From NCBI GenBank assembly GCA_041577295.1, contig JBFGJG010000001.1, positions 224,001 through 288,000 on the forward strand: a DNA stretch of 64,000 nt, given 5' to 3'. Below the pieces are notes generated by a model that saw only the letters and a list, made by a program, of their open reading frames with translations, was not told the DNA's origin and did not search any database. Each line of letters begins with the position of its first letter. The first letter of the stretch is position 1. Source of the DNA: Gemmatimonadales bacterium. Its GTDB lineage: Bacteria; Gemmatimonadota; Gemmatimonadetes; Gemmatimonadales; GWC2-71-9. A program made the translations under genes and the position numbers. Of the stretch, positions 19,497-30,602 are shown one piece after another.

Positions 19497-20992
19497 CGCA
19501 AGCCGGCTAGGCGAGCCGCCTTGAGCCATGCGCTCTCCGTGGGCGCACCCAGACTCGACACGGGCACCACGGTACGACGCGCCTCGTCTTCGGCAAGCGC
19601 CGCGGCAACCGCGGCTAGCTCGAGATCCTGCGCCGGTGGATCGGTGGCGAGCAGCACCTCCCCATGCCGTTCGAGGTAACCGATGTCGTAGACACCGCTC
19701 TGGAACGTTGGGTCGTCCATCACCCGCCGGTGAAAGGGCTGCGAAGTGGGGATCCCGACGATGACCATCTCGTCGAGGGCTCGTCGCATCCGCCGAATCG
19801 CCCGGTCCCGGTTTTCCCCCCACACGATCAGCTTGCCTAGCAACGAGTCGTAGTGCAGTCCGATCTCCGAACCGGTGTCGACACCACCGTCCCACCGCAC
19901 GCCGGCTCCGGTTGGCGCACGCAGAAATGCAATCCGGCCAGTCACGGGAAGAAAGCCTGAGGCTGGATCTTCGGCAGTGATGCGGCACTCGATGGCGTGT
20001 CCGCGCGGTCGCATGGGGCGACCGGGAAGACTGGTGGGCTCGCCAGCGGCGATCCGGAGCTGCTCACGCACTAAGTCGACGCCGTAAGCCAACTCGGTCA
20101 CCGGGTGTTCGACCTGTAATCGCGTATTCATCTCGAGGAAGTAGAACCGACCATTCGCATCGAGCAGAAACTCGACGGTGCCGGCACTGACGTAGCTCAC
20201 GGCTCTAGCTGCCTGCACGGCGGCCTCGCCCATCCGCAGGCGAAGATCGAGATCCACGGCGGGCGACGGCGCTTCTTCGATGAGCTTCTGATGGCGCCGC
20301 TGAACAGAGCACTCCCGTTCGCCGACGTGGATGGTGTGTCCAAAGCGATCGGCCACAACCTGAATCTCCACGTGGCGCGGCCGCTCGAGGCGGCGCTCGA
20401 GATAGACCGAGCCGTCGCCAAACGCCTTCTGTGCCTCGGAGGACGCCTGCGCGAACTTGGAACGCACCTCCGAGGGACTCTGGGCGATCCGCATACCCTT
20501 CCCTCCCCCTCCAGCAGCGGCCTTGATGAGGATCGGGTAACCAATGTTCTCAGCCGCGCGTACGGCCGCTTCAACATCCCCCACCGGTTCGGTCGTCCCC
20601 GGCACAATGGGGACGCCGGCAGCGGACATGCGTCGCCGAGCCTCTGTCTTGTCGCCCATCGCCGCGATGGCGGCGGACGACGGCCCAATGAACGTGAGCC
20701 CCGCACGCTCCACTGCCGCGGCGAATTCCGCACGCTCCGCGAGGAAACCGTACCCAGGGTGCACCGCGTCGGCCCCCGTGCGCTCGGCAGCAGCTAGAAT
20801 GTTCGCGATGTTGAGGTATGACGCCGAGGAGGGCGCCGCCCCAATCGCCGCTGCGGCATCCGCCACTTGCACGTGCGGGCTTTGCTGATCGACCTCCGAG
20901 TAAACCGCGACCGTCTCAAGCCCCTCTTCACGGCAGGCCCGAATGATTCGCAGGGCAATCTCTCCACGATTCGCAATCAGCACGCGCTTCAT
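19493..20992 (-). CDS. accC: Biotin carboxylase subunit of acyl-CoA carboxylase
   Basis: ANRGEIA, HPGYGFL, GGGGKGMR, RECSVQRRHQK and EMNTRLQVEH motifs. Confidence 0.92.
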   Translation of the reverse strand: MKRVLIANRGEIALRIIRACREEGLETVAVYSEVDQQSPHVQVADAAAAIGAAPSSASYLNIANILAAAERTGADAVHPGYGFLAERAEFAAAVERAGLTFIGPSSAAIAAMGDKTEARRRMSAAGVPIVPGTTEPVGDVEAAVRAAENIGYPILIKAAAGGGGKGMRIAQSPSEVRSKFAQASSEAQKAFGDGSVYLERRLERPRHVEIQVVADRFGHTIHVGERECSVQRRHQKLIEEAPSPAVDLDLRLRMGEAAVQAARAVSYVSAGTVEFLLDANGRFYFLEMNTRLQVEHPVTELAYGVDLVREQLRIAAGEPTSLPGRPMRPRGHAIECRITAEDPASGFLPVTGRIAFLRAPTGAGVRWDGGVDTGSEIGLHYDSLLGKLIVWGENRDRAIRRMRRALDEMVIVGIPTSQPFHRRVMDDPTFQSGVYDIGYLERHGEVLLATDPPAQDLELAAVAAALAEDEARRTVVPVSSLGAPTESAWLKAARLAGLR

Positions 20993-21007
20993 GTCGACAC
21001 GAAATGG

Positions 21008-22558
21008 CTACAGGGGAATGTTGCCATGCTTTTTCGGAGGATTCGTGTCCCGCTTCGTGAGCAGCGTCTGAAGCGCGGACACCAACAAAGGGCGCGTATC
21101 ACGCGGGTCGATCACGTCATCCAAGTATCCCCGGGAGGCGGCGTGGTAGGGGTGAGCAAATTTCTCACGATAGTCCGCCACCAGCTGCTCGAGTCTCTCT
21201 TCCGGATCGTCCGCCGCCGCGATCTCCTTGCGGAACAAGATCTCAGCGGCACCCTTGGGCCCCATGACCGCGATCTCGGCGGTCGGCCATCCGACGTTGA
21301 AGTCGCCGCGCACATGCTTCGAGCTCATCACATCGTACGCGCCGCCGTACGCCTTGCGCGTGATCACCGTCAGCTTGGGCACCGTCGCCTCGGCGTACGC
21401 GTAGAGCAGCTTGGCCCCGTGCTTGATGATCCCTCCATGCTCCTGGTCCACACCGGGGAGAAAACCAGGCACGTCCTCGAACGTTACCAGCGGGATGTTG
21501 AACGCGTCGCAAAACCGGACGAACCGAGCACCTTTGACGGACGCCTTGATGTCCAGGACGCCAGCCAGCACCGTCGGTTGATTGGCGATCACACCAACCG
21601 GGTGGCCCCCGAGCCGTGCAAAACCCACGATGAGGTTCTGCGCATAGTCGCGGTGGACCTCGAGAAAGTCGCCGTCGTCCACCACCCTTCGAATCACATC
21701 GTGCATGTCGTACGGCTTGTTCGGATTGTCAGGAACGATCGATAAGAGCTCTTCGTCACGCCGGTCCGGTGAATCCGTCGGCGACCGGTGCGGTGGGCTG
21801 TCCAGATTGTTTCCCGGCAGGAAACTGAGCAGCTGACGGATAGCCGCTAGGCACTCGACTTCGGTATCATGCACGAACTGCGCGACACCCGACACGGAGC
21901 CGTGAGCGTCCGCCCCACCGAGCTCATCCGGAGTAACGTCTTCGTGGGTCACCGTCTTCACGACGTTTGGCCCGGTCACGAACATGTAGGAAACCCCGCG
22001 CACCATGAAGACGAAATCGGTGATGGCAGGACTGTAGACCGCACCGCCGGCGCAAGGACCGAGGACGGCACTGATCTGCGGAATGACACCGGAGGCCAAC
22101 GTGTTCCGCAGGAAGATGTCCGCATACCCCCCCAATGACACCACCCCCTCCTGAATCCGGGCGCCGCCCGAATCGTTCAGTCCTACCACCGGCGCGCCGT
22201 TGCGGACGGCGAGGTCCATCACCTTGCAGATCTTCTCGGCGTGCGCTTCGGCGAGTGAGCCACCGAACACGGTGAAATCTTGCGAGAAGACGTACACGAG
22301 CCGCCCATCAACCCGCCCATACCCTGTTACGACACCATCACCGAGAATCCGCTTGTCCTCGAGACCAAACCCTGTTGCGCGGTGCGTCACGAACCGGTCG
22401 AGCTCGACGAACGACCCCGTGTCGAGCAAGAGATCGAGGCGCTCGCGCGCGGTGAGCTTTCCCTGCTCGTGCTGGCGCTCGATACGCGAAGGCCCGCCAC
22501 CCTGCTCGGATTCGGACCGCAGGCGATGGAGGGCCTCGAGTTGCTTCTTGATCGTCAT
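21008..22558 (-). CDS. pccB: Acyl-CoA (propionyl/methylmalonyl-CoA type) carboxyltransferase subunit
   Basis: [27 protein letters not shown] and DVPGFLPG motifs; start ATG 22558. Confidence 0.88.
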   Translation of the reverse strand: MTIKKQLEALHRLRSESEQGGGPSRIERQHEQGKLTARERLDLLLDTGSFVELDRFVTHRATGFGLEDKRILGDGVVTGYGRVDGRLVYVFSQDFTVFGGSLAEAHAEKICKVMDLAVRNGAPVVGLNDSGGARIQEGVVSLGGYADIFLRNTLASGVIPQISAVLGPCAGGAVYSPAITDFVFMVRGVSYMFVTGPNVVKTVTHEDVTPDELGGADAHGSVSGVAQFVHDTEVECLAAIRQLLSFLPGNNLDSPPHRSPTDSPDRRDEELLSIVPDNPNKPYDMHDVIRRVVDDGDFLEVHRDYAQNLIVGFARLGGHPVGVIANQPTVLAGVLDIKASVKGARFVRFCDAFNIPLVTFEDVPGFLPGVDQEHGGIIKHGAKLLYAYAEATVPKLTVITRKAYGGAYDVMSSKHVRGDFNVGWPTAEIAVMGPKGAAEILFRKEIAAADDPEERLEQLVADYREKFAHPYHAASRGYLDDVIDPRDTRPLLVSALQTLLTKRDTNPPKKHGNIPL

Positions 22559-22604
22559 GCTGCGGGACGCCGTGGCCGCACCGGGATCACCCGACGCGGA
22601 ACGG

Positions 22605-24476
22605 TCACGCCGCGGGAGGCTCGGACTCGTCCTCCTGCTTGTCGCCGCCCGGTGCTTCTGCTTCCACCGATACCTCACTCGACGCCTCGCTCGAGGTATC
22701 CGGCTGCTCGTCCTCAACCGGAGGTGCCGTAGCAGCCTCTGCAACAGCGGGTGCGTCTTGAGGTACCGTCGCAACCTCCGCAATGGGAGGTGCGCCCTCC
22801 GGAGCTTCGTGCAGCTCGGTAGCTGCTAACACGACCCGGTGGTGGATTGGATCGACTTCCAAGACCTTGAGATCCACGCGTTGGCCGGACTTGATCACCT
22901 GCTCGAGCGGCTTGCCCTCTGGGATGGGAAGCTGGGACTGTGGGACAAATCCCTCGAGATCGTCGCCAAGGTCGACCACGACGCCGCTGTCCTGCAATCG
23001 GACGACGGTTCCCTCGAGATCCATCCCGACCGGGTGCGACTCGGCGATCTTCAGCCACGGATCTTCCTGTAGCTGCTTGAGCCCCAGAGAGATGCGCTTG
23101 TTGTCGGGGTCGATGTTGAGGATCACGACGTCGACCGTGTCGCCCTTCTTCACGATCTCGGAAGGATGCTGCACCCGCTTCGTCCACGACATGTCCGAGA
23201 TGTGAATGAGCCCATCGATACCGGGCTCGATCTCCACGAACGCGCCGAACGACGTGAGATTGCGGACCTTTCCAGTGATACGCGTGCCCACCGGGTACTT
23301 CATGGGCAACATCACCCATGGATCCTGCTCGGTCTGCTTCATCCCGAGGGAGATCTTCTCCTCCGCAGGATCGACCTTGAGAACAACCGCTTCGATCGTT
23401 TCCCCAATAGAAACGACCTTGGAGGGGTGACGCACGCTGCGCGTCCAGCTCATCTCGCTGATGTGCACTAAGCCTTCGATACCGGGCTCGAGCTCCACGA
23501 ATGCGCCGTAGTTCGTGATGCTGACGACCTTCCCCTGCACACGGACGCCAACAGGATACTTCTCGGCCACATTCTCCCACGGATACGGTTGGAGCTGCTT
23601 GAGACCCAGCGAGATCCGCTCACGATCCCAATCGATGTCGAGCACCTTCACATCGAGCTCCTGGCCCAGCTCGACAACTTCCGATGGGTGCGAGACGCGG
23701 CCATAGCTCATGTCGGTGATGTGCAGCAGACCATCCACACCGCCCAGATCGATGAACGCCCCGAAATCCGTAATGTTCTTCACGACGCCTTTGCGCACCT
23801 GTGATACCTCGAGCTCCTTCATCAGGTGCTCGCGCTTGTGCGCCCGCTCTGCTTCGAGGATGACACGGCGAGAAACCACAATGTTGCGGCGTCGTTTGTT
23901 GAGCTTGATGATCTTGAAGTGGAATTGCTGACCGAGGAGTTCGTCGATGTTGGGAACGCGGCGGAGGGCGATCTGGCTACCCGGAAGAAATGCATCGACC
24001 CCCATCAGATCTACGACGACACCGCCCTTGATCTTCTTCATCAAGGTGCCTTCGACCGGCTCGTTGTTCTCATACGCATGCCGGATCTTCTCCCACACAC
24101 GCATGAAGTCGGCTTTCTTCTTCGAGAGGACGACCGTCCCCTGCTCGTCCTCCAGGTTTTCCAGCAGGACTTCGACTTCATCCCCAGGCTCGACCGCGTC
24201 GAGGCTCTTGAACTCGTCGAGCGGTACGGCTCCTTCGGACTTGAAGCCAACGTCGAGGATCACGTGGCTGTCCGTCACCCGTAGGACCTTTGACTTGACG
24301 ATCTCCCCTTCCGCGATCTTCTGAAGTGTCCCCTCGTACAGCTCGAGCATCTTGGAATACTCTTCGTCAGAGTAATCCTCCTCATACAAGTCTGGGCGGA
24401 CGGGGGTGTGGTACGGTTTGGCGGTCGCGACACCGGCCGTGGCGTCGGGCGTGCCTTCCTGAGAGGCCTCACTCAT
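22605..24476 (-). CDS. rpsA: 30S ribosomal protein S1
   Basis: Six S1 repeats ([21 protein letters not shown]) with an acidic tail. Confidence 0.97.
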   Translation of the reverse strand: MSEASQEGTPDATAGVATAKPYHTPVRPDLYEEDYSDEEYSKMLELYEGTLQKIAEGEIVKSKVLRVTDSHVILDVGFKSEGAVPLDEFKSLDAVEPGDEVEVLLENLEDEQGTVVLSKKKADFMRVWEKIRHAYENNEPVEGTLMKKIKGGVVVDLMGVDAFLPGSQIALRRVPNIDELLGQQFHFKIIKLNKRRRNIVVSRRVILEAERAHKREHLMKELEVSQVRKGVVKNITDFGAFIDLGGVDGLLHITDMSYGRVSHPSEVVELGQELDVKVLDIDWDRERISLGLKQLQPYPWENVAEKYPVGVRVQGKVVSITNYGAFVELEPGIEGLVHISEMSWTRSVRHPSKVVSIGETIEAVVLKVDPAEEKISLGMKQTEQDPWVMLPMKYPVGTRITGKVRNLTSFGAFVEIEPGIDGLIHISDMSWTKRVQHPSEIVKKGDTVDVVILNIDPDNKRISLGLKQLQEDPWLKIAESHPVGMDLEGTVVRLQDSGVVVDLGDDLEGFVPQSQLPIPEGKPLEQVIKSGQRVDLKVLEVDPIHHRVVLAATELHEAPEGAPPIAEVATVPQDAPAVAEAATAPPVEDEQPDTSSEASSEVSVEAEAPGGDKQEDESEPPAA

Positions 24477-24555
24477 GTACAGCGTTCCAGCCTAGGGTTG
24501 AGGGTTAACGATTGACTCCCACCGCGCCCCTGAGCGGGCGTACGGCAAGCCACGT

Positions 24556-24584
24556 AGGTTAGAAGACCCGTTCACGTATGTCAA
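24556..24584 (-). promoter_or_regulatory. sigma70-type promoter for rpsA
   Basis: TTGACA-N17-TAACCT on the minus strand, directly after the cmk stop. Confidence 0.7.
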
Positions 24585-24585
24585 G

Positions 24586-25263
24586 TTACGAGAACACCTT
24601 CCGCGCCAGTTGCACGACGCGCTCCACCTGATCCGCGAAGGTCAGGTGCGAAGTGTCGAGCACGATCGCGTCTCGTGCCTGGATGAGCGGCGCCACGTCA
24701 CGCGAGGCGTCGGCCGTGTCCCGGCTGACCAAGCGCGCCGCCGCGGCCGCAACGCTCTCGGCATCCGCCGCGTGACCCTCTTGCTGCAACCGGCGCCGGG
24801 CCCGTTCCTCGGGATCCGCTATCAAGAAGATCTTCAGCGCTGCGTCCGGAAACACCACCGTTCCGATATCTCGACCGTCCATGACCGCGCCGCGCGGGTG
24901 CTGCGCAACCGCCTCGCGCAGCTGGACGTTCACCCACTGACGCACCGCGGGAAGTGCGGAAACCTCGGAGGCCCTCTCGGTGACCCGCCGTGCTCGAATC
25001 GCCTCCGAGACCTCGATGCCGGCGATCTCCGGATGGTAGCCGTCGGCGGCAAGGACCAGTCGGACCGGGAGCGCTCGCGCCACAGCGACGATCCGCTGAC
25101 CCTCGAGCGGACAGTTCGCGTCCAGGGCGGCCAGCGTCACGGCCCGATACAACGCCCCACTGTCCAAATGCGCGAGGTTGAGCCGCTCAGCAACCGCCCG
25201 GGCGGTGGTGGACTTTCCGGACCCAGCAGGTCCATCGATCGCAATCACCGGGCTAACGTGCAC
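24586..25263 (-). CDS. cmk: Cytidylate kinase
   Basis: IAIDGPAGSGKST, DSGALYR and DGRDIGTVVFP motifs; GTG start 25263 (25248 is an alternative). Confidence 0.94.
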   Translation of the reverse strand: MHVSPVIAIDGPAGSGKSTTARAVAERLNLAHLDSGALYRAVTLAALDANCPLEGQRIVAVARALPVRLVLAADGYHPEIAGIEVSEAIRARRVTERASEVSALPAVRQWVNVQLREAVAQHPRGAVMDGRDIGTVVFPDAALKIFLIADPEERARRRLQQEGHAADAESVAAAAARLVSRDTADASRDVAPLIQARDAIVLDTSHLTFADQVERVVQLARKVFS

Positions 25264-26521
25264 GGATTCGCTCCAGATCCTCGAAGAACCGCGGATAACT
25301 GACGCCCACCGACGACGCCTCCGAGAGGCGAACGTCCGCGCCCGGCGCCATGCCCAGCACGGCGAAGGCCATGGCCATTCGATGATCGCCCCCCGTCTCG
25401 ACTCGGCCGGCCGGGGGAGCCTCTGAACCAACGACGATGAGGTCGTCGCCCACGATCTCCGCTCGATACCCGACCGCGCGCAGGTTGATAGTTAAGAGAG
25501 CGAGCCGGTCACTCTCTTTCACGCGCAGCTCACCAACGTCACAGAAGCGCGTTTCTCCTTCGGCGCGGGCAGCCAGCACCGCCAGGATCGGCACCTCGTC
25601 AATGAGGCTCGGCACTTCTGCCCCGGGGACGGTCGTGCCGGAGAGCGGTCCCGCGCGGGCCACCAGATCGGCCACCGGCTCGCCGCCCTCTTCGCGTAAG
25701 GACTCCCGCCCGATGTTCGCACCCATGCGGTCCAGCACATTGAGGAATCCGGTTCGCGTCGGATTCACGCCCACGTGCTCGATGCGCACTTCACCGCGTT
25801 TCTGCGAGAGCACCGCCCCAACGAGGAACGCTGCCGAGGACGGATCGCCTGGGACGCGCAGCTGGAACGGCTCCACCTCGTCCGGGCGAAACGAGCGCGC
25901 GTCCAGCACGACCGTAGTTCCATCGGTCTCGATGGGGAGGCCGAGGTAGCGCAGCAGCCGTTCGGTATGATCTCGGGATCGCCCGGGTTCGGTGACGCGC
26001 GCCCGTACATGTCCCGCGAGCGCGGCCAGTAGAATCGCACTCTTGATCTGGGCGGACGCGACCGGAGTGCGGTAATCGAGGTCGTGGAGGCGGCCGCCTT
26101 CGATGGTGAGCGGAAGATGATCACCGCCATGTTCCCGAAACTGCGCCCCCATGAGGGTGAGTGGCTCGGTGACCCGCCGCATCGGCCGACGGCGCAAGGA
26201 GGCGTCACCGGTGAGTCGCGCCGTGAGTGCGTGCCCGGCCAGCGCCCCCACGAGCAGGCGCGCGGTCGTCCCGGAGTTTCCGCAGTTGAGCGTCGCCGCC
26301 GGCTGCCGCCACGGAGCACCCTGGACCAGCACTCGCTGGCCTGCGCGGAGCCGGCTCACGCCGACCCCCAGCTGTCGCAGAACGCGCGCGCTGCTGCGCG
26401 CGTCTGCGGAGGTCAACGGGTGCACCACCTCGACCCTCGTACGGAGCATGCCCCCAACGATCAACGCCCGGTGGGTAATGCTCTTGTCGCCTGGTGGCCG
26501 GATGACGACGGCGGCCGTCAC
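25253..26521 (-). CDS. aroA: EPSP synthase
   Basis: PGDKSITHR, GNSGTT, SAQIKS, RVKESDR and DHRMAM motifs; GTG 26521 overlaps the tyrA stop. Confidence 0.95.
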   Translation of the reverse strand: MTAAVVIRPPGDKSITHRALIVGGMLRTRVEVVHPLTSADARSSARVLRQLGVGVSRLRAGQRVLVQGAPWRQPAATLNCGNSGTTARLLVGALAGHALTARLTGDASLRRRPMRRVTEPLTLMGAQFREHGGDHLPLTIEGGRLHDLDYRTPVASAQIKSAILLAALAGHVRARVTEPGRSRDHTERLLRYLGLPIETDGTTVVLDARSFRPDEVEPFQLRVPGDPSSAAFLVGAVLSQKRGEVRIEHVGVNPTRTGFLNVLDRMGANIGRESLREEGGEPVADLVARAGPLSGTTVPGAEVPSLIDEVPILAVLAARAEGETRFCDVGELRVKESDRLALLTINLRAVGYRAEIVGDDLIVVGSEAPPAGRVETGGDHRMAMAFAVLGMAPGADVRLSEASSVGVSYPRFFEDLERIRAR

Positions 26522-27360
26522 GAGACGCCGCGACGCCACCGAGCGCCTTCTTCCAGGAGACCGGTTATTGCGTGGGAATCCCCGCGCGTCAGCGCCTCGC
26601 GGAGCTCATTGATCACGGGGTGAAAGCCCTCGAGGCTGGCCATGAGGACCTCTCGATTCATGAGCAGGATGTCGGCCCACATCTCGACGCTGCCCGCCGC
26701 GATGCGGGTCGTATCGAGGGCACCTCTTCCCAGTCGAGCGCCCTCGGGAGCATGGCGTGCGAGGGCGACGGCGAGCGCGGAGGACACGACCTGTGGCAAG
26801 TGACTCGTCCAAGCAACCATCTCGTCGTGCCGTCCCGCTTGAATCTGGACGGGAAGAGCGCCAAAGACTCGGGACCAGAAATCGGAGACCTCATTGATCG
26901 CGGTGCTCGCTTCATCTACTGGCGAAACGTAAACCACGGCTTGCTCGAACCGGTCGGGTCGTGCGCCACGGAAGCCTCTATCATGGGTGCCCGCAAGCGG
27001 GTGAGATCCGGCGAACGTCGCGCCGAGACCAAGTTGCGCAGCCAACGCGATCACCGGCCCTTTGACACTCGCCACATCTGTGCTCAGGAGCCCCCGTTGG
27101 CGGATCAACGCGGCGTGTTCCCGTAACAACTCGAGCGTGGCGCCTGGTGGCGCGGCAAGCACGAGAAAATCCGCGCCGAGCACCACTCGGCGAGCGTCGG
27201 TTGCGACCTCAGTCACCGCACCGTGGCGAGCTGCGCCCACCGCATCGCGGCGATCGGGTGAATACCCGAGGATCCTGCTTACGCCGGACCGCGCCGCACC
27301 CCATGCGACCGAGCCCCCGATGGCCCCGAGACCGATTACCCCGAGCCGATCCGGGACCAC
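26518..27360 (-). CDS. tyrA: Prephenate/arogenate dehydrogenase
   Basis: GLGAIGGS, DVASVK, GSHPLAG and SHLPQ motifs. Confidence 0.88.
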   Translation of the reverse strand: MVPDRLGVIGLGAIGGSVAWGAARSGVSRILGYSPDRRDAVGAARHGAVTEVATDARRVVLGADFLVLAAPPGATLELLREHAALIRQRGLLSTDVASVKGPVIALAAQLGLGATFAGSHPLAGTHDRGFRGARPDRFEQAVVYVSPVDEASTAINEVSDFWSRVFGALPVQIQAGRHDEMVAWTSHLPQVVSSALAVALARHAPEGARLGRGALDTTRIAAGSVEMWADILLMNREVLMASLEGFHPVINELREALTRGDSHAITGLLEEGARWRRGVS

Positions 27361-27411
27361 CGTTGCTCCATATTTACGCGCTCGCTGGGTGTATCGGTAA
27401 CACCGATGCGG

Positions 27412-27900
27412 TCACCACAGCGGCACGCGGGGCCACCGCTCCACGAGCCAGCGATCGACTCCGAAATGACGGCCGGCGCTCCCAAGCAAGAGTACCAAAC
27501 CAATGAAGAAAAACGCCGCATCGTTGCTCGACGGCATCCAGAACCACGCACCTTTCATCATCATGTAGTTGAGCACGAGAAACATCGCGAGCCCTGCACC
27601 AAGGCGCGTCGCCGCCCCAAAGATGAGTGACAATGCGACCGTCAGCTCTCCCAGAATGACCAACCCTCCAAACAACCCAGTGCGCGGGAGCACGACGGAG
27701 TGGAGAAGGCGGGCGTACCACCCGTGTGAGCTTTCGGACATCCGCTCCAGAATCATCGGCAGGCGGTCGCCAAACCCGGTATCGCCGCCGAGCTTCGACA
27801 CAGCGGCGATGAGGAAAATGATGCCGAGGTACACGCGGAGGATGACCAGCAGTGTGCGGGGAACGGTCGAGGTTGGGGGTGTGGATTCAGAGACCGTCAC
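27412..27900 (-). CDS. DoxX-family membrane protein
   Basis: LRVYLGIIF...K pattern, GE motif, 4 TM segments and G...GVD; GTG 27900 overlaps the upstream stop. Confidence 0.75.
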   Translation of the reverse strand: MTVSESTPPTSTVPRTLLVILRVYLGIIFLIAAVSKLGGDTGFGDRLPMILERMSESSHGWYARLLHSVVLPRTGLFGGLVILGELTVALSLIFGAATRLGAGLAMFLVLNYMMMKGAWFWMPSSNDAAFFFIGLVLLLGSAGRHFGVDRWLVERWPRVPLW

Positions 27901-29177
27901 CGGAGCCCAGCCTCCGCCAGGAGGACCAACAAGGCTCGCTTGATCCCAATCGTCGATTCTTGGTCGTACCACCATTCGTCCAACGCGTGGGCATTGCCCC
28001 CGCGGCCGCCACCACCAAGGGTGATAGCTGGAATGCCGCGCGCGATCGGGATGTTGGAGTCGGTGGAACTCCGTCGAGAGCTTGGCGTCGCACCGACCAA
28101 GCGGCTGGCTGCAAACGCTCGTTGGACCAGGGGGGTATTCACGTCGATCTCACCGGATGGCCGGTTCCCTATCATCTCGACCGTCACCGTAAGCGAATCG
28201 CCGCGGCGGCGTACGGCATTCTCTTCGGCGACGCCACGACGAACCGCGGCCTGAAAGAGCGAGTCGATCTGGTTCAAACGCTCGGTGCTCTCGGAGCGCA
28301 TGTCCAACTCAAGCCACGATTCGAACGGTACGGCATTGACGGACGTGCCGCCGCCGATCCGGCCCACATTGTAGCTGGTGCGCGTCCCCACGCGAGTAAA
28401 CCAATCTGCCGCATCGGCAAAATGAGCAATCGCGCGACCAAGGGCATGATGAGGATTGGCCAAGCCAAAAGCACCCCAAGAATGCCCGCCCGGACCCGAC
28501 ACCGTGACGCGATACCGGTGGGATCCGAGGCCCTTATGCGTCACCCCCTCGATAGAGATCCCATCAATGGAAATGAACGCGTCGATCCTGGGGCCGTGCT
28601 CACCGAACAGGTGTTTCATCCCTCGCAGGTCACCCAACCCCTCTTCCCCCACCGTGCCGATGAACAACAGATCGGCTTCGGTACGGATGTTCGCTGCATT
28701 CACTGCCCGCAGCAACGTCAGCACCACGGTAATCCCCCACGTGTCGTCACCAATCCCTGGGGCAAACAGCGTATCGCCGCGTTCTTGAACCGTGACGTCC
28801 GTTCCCTCGGGAAAGACCGTGTCTAGGTGTCCGGCGATGGCCACCGTCCGTTGCCGTACGCGTCCGCGTCGGAGTGCGATCACGTTTCCTACGTCATCGG
28901 TCCAGACAGAGTCGGCCCCCGCCTCACGCAGCATTCGAGCATACGCGCGCCCACGCGCCTCTTCACCAAAAGGGGGAGCGGGAATCTCCGTGAGGCGGAT
29001 GAGATCGCTGCGAGTTTGCGCTCGCCCCGCCTCGATCGTCGCGATCGCTGCCGTGACATCCCGCCGCACCAAAAGTTGCGCAAGCTCCGAGTCGTATCGC
29101 GACTGCTGCGCGCGAGAGACTCCGGGAAACGTCAGACTCACGAGAACAGTGCCAACGAGCGGTGGAAGAATACGCAT
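27897..29177 (-). CDS. Exported M20/M25/M40 metallohydrolase
   Basis: Signal peptide; HLDTVF, GIGDD, GEEGLG and C-terminal H motifs. Confidence 0.85.
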   Translation of the reverse strand: MRILPPLVGTVLVSLTFPGVSRAQQSRYDSELAQLLVRRDVTAAIATIEAGRAQTRSDLIRLTEIPAPPFGEEARGRAYARMLREAGADSVWTDDVGNVIALRRGRVRQRTVAIAGHLDTVFPEGTDVTVQERGDTLFAPGIGDDTWGITVVLTLLRAVNAANIRTEADLLFIGTVGEEGLGDLRGMKHLFGEHGPRIDAFISIDGISIEGVTHKGLGSHRYRVTVSGPGGHSWGAFGLANPHHALGRAIAHFADAADWFTRVGTRTSYNVGRIGGGTSVNAVPFESWLELDMRSESTERLNQIDSLFQAAVRRGVAEENAVRRRGDSLTVTVEMIGNRPSGEIDVNTPLVQRAFAASRLVGATPSSRRSSTDSNIPIARGIPAITLGGGGRGGNAHALDEWWYDQESTIGIKRALLVLLAEAGLR

Positions 29178-29266
29178 ACCATTCCTTTTCTAGAGGCGTC
29201 GAATTCGGCTCTGTCGTGGTTTATCCGCAGGCGACATTTCGCTGGTACAGGCCAACGCAGCCATCG

Positions 29267-29776
29267 CTACGTGCTACGAACTCCTCGGGCGACGGAATCG
29301 ACCCTCCCACCCAGTACCCCCGCGCCGATGGCATACACGAAGTCCGTGTTGCGCGGGGTTGCACCGGCCTCCCGGAGCTCCGCAGCAATCTGGCCCCGGT
29401 GATGAGCTGAGTGAACGACTACGTGCATGAGGATGTCCTCGACCGCGTTGGTCCACGACTCATTCTGCGGGCTCGCGTAGGTCACCCGTGCGCGCAACCC
29501 ATCGGGCGTGCGCGTTCGGAGAAACGCCTCCCACTTCTGCGAGATATCCGCCAACTCCATCGCACAGGTCGCAAGATCGAGGTCTGGCCACACTGGGAGA
29601 TGCGGTGCTTCCCCGCGCACGCGCGAGAACCACAAGCACTGAGCGCCGATGACATGGGCCATGAGGCGAACGGCCTTTAGAGGCGGTTCAGTAAGCTCCT
29701 GTAAGCTTGTTAGGCTCTCGGCGTTCGCCCACCGGTCGAAGGCCATGAGCCGCCGATAGTAGCGGAGCGGGTCCAT
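29267..29776 (-). CDS. DinB-family protein
   Basis: WAN, H..GA..LW and H...H..HHRGQ motifs; start ATG 29776. Confidence 0.8.
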   Translation of the reverse strand: MDPLRYYRRLMAFDRWANAESLTSLQELTEPPLKAVRLMAHVIGAQCLWFSRVRGEAPHLPVWPDLDLATCAMELADISQKWEAFLRTRTPDGLRARVTYASPQNESWTNAVEDILMHVVVHSAHHRGQIAAELREAGATPRNTDFVYAIGAGVLGGRVDSVARGVRST

Positions 29777-29831
29777 GAGGTCGAGTCTCCTGGATCGATC
29801 GGGGTACGGCCGACCACCCACCTACGTTTGG

Positions 29832-30590
29832 TTACCAACGCCAGCAGTGCAGCTCATCGACGAGGACCGACGTCGCCGTGGCACCGACATAACCGTCAGC
29901 CGGGTTGATGCCATGGATCACCCAGCCCTTGGTGTCGACCCCTGCGGTCGGCATGGGCCCCGAGAAGCGTGGAACATCGGAAAGCCCGGGAGACGCGTCA
30001 ACCTCTTCGAGTGGAACGGACACTCCACAACCCCACGCTTTGATGAGCGCTTCTTTCCTCGTCCAGCACTCAAAGAATACCCGATCGCGCTCAACTTCGT
30101 CGGCTCCCGCAATGGCCTCCCGCTCGATCGGTGTGAAGTATCGCGCTACCAGCCCTTCCATATCCGTGACGGTTCGGACCTGCTCCACGTCCACCCCGAG
30201 CTCTCCCACGCGGGTGACTCCGTACAGCGCCAGATCGGCGGAGTGAGTCATGTTGAAGAACAAACGCGGCTCTTCGTTTTGTGAGAGCTGAAGGCGTGGC
30301 TTCCCGAAGTCGTTTTCGACAAACGTCAGCTTGTCGGGGGCGCTGGGATGCAGATAGACCGCCAAAAGCTCTCGCAACTGACCGCGGGCGCATATGAACC
30401 GATTCCGATCTCGTTCGAACCGGAACCGTGCCGCTCGGGACTTTTCGTCGGGATGGAGAAACTTCGCAACGCGCTGACGGGCGCCGTCGGCGAGATCGAG
30501 CCTCGCACACCAGATATGAATATCACGGGGTCCGAGCTGTTCCGCAGCTCGGTCGATCGCGAATGGTGCTGCGGACCAATGTCGCGTCAG
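29832..30590 (-). CDS. Sfp-type 4'-phosphopantetheinyl transferase; proposed CTG start
   Basis: GKP, FNMTHS, LGVDVE and WTRKEA motifs. The open frame upstream of the listed TTG (30377) encodes the typical N-terminal half (IHIW..LD, LHPDE..RA.RF). A GAGGT SD lies 7 nt before CTG 30590. Confidence 0.88.
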   Translation of the reverse strand: MTRHWSAAPFAIDRAAEQLGPRDIHIWCARLDLADGARQRVAKFLHPDEKSRAARFRFERDRNRFICARGQLRELLAVYLHPSAPDKLTFVENDFGKPRLQLSQNEEPRLFFNMTHSADLALYGVTRVGELGVDVEQVRTVTDMEGLVARYFTPIEREAIAGADEVERDRVFFECWTRKEALIKAWGCGVSVPLEEVDASPGLSDVPRFSGPMPTAGVDTKGWVIHGINPADGYVGATATSVLVDELHCWRW

Positions 30591-30602
30591 TTGGGTGACC
30601 TC

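Noticed and set aside
11791..22783. Long N-terminal extensions on dxr, frr, the methyltransferase and pccB suggesting fusions
   Set aside because: Artefacts of choosing the longest ORF; internal ATGs (with stop/start overlaps for dxr, frr and the methyltransferase) give normal lengths.
22800..24300. Repeated sequence blocks
   Set aside because: Explained by the S1 domain repeats of rpsA; not a CRISPR array.
27412..29776. DinB, M20 and DoxX genes as part of the NRPS cluster
   Set aside because: Co-oriented but generic families with no motif-level link; membership needs synteny data.
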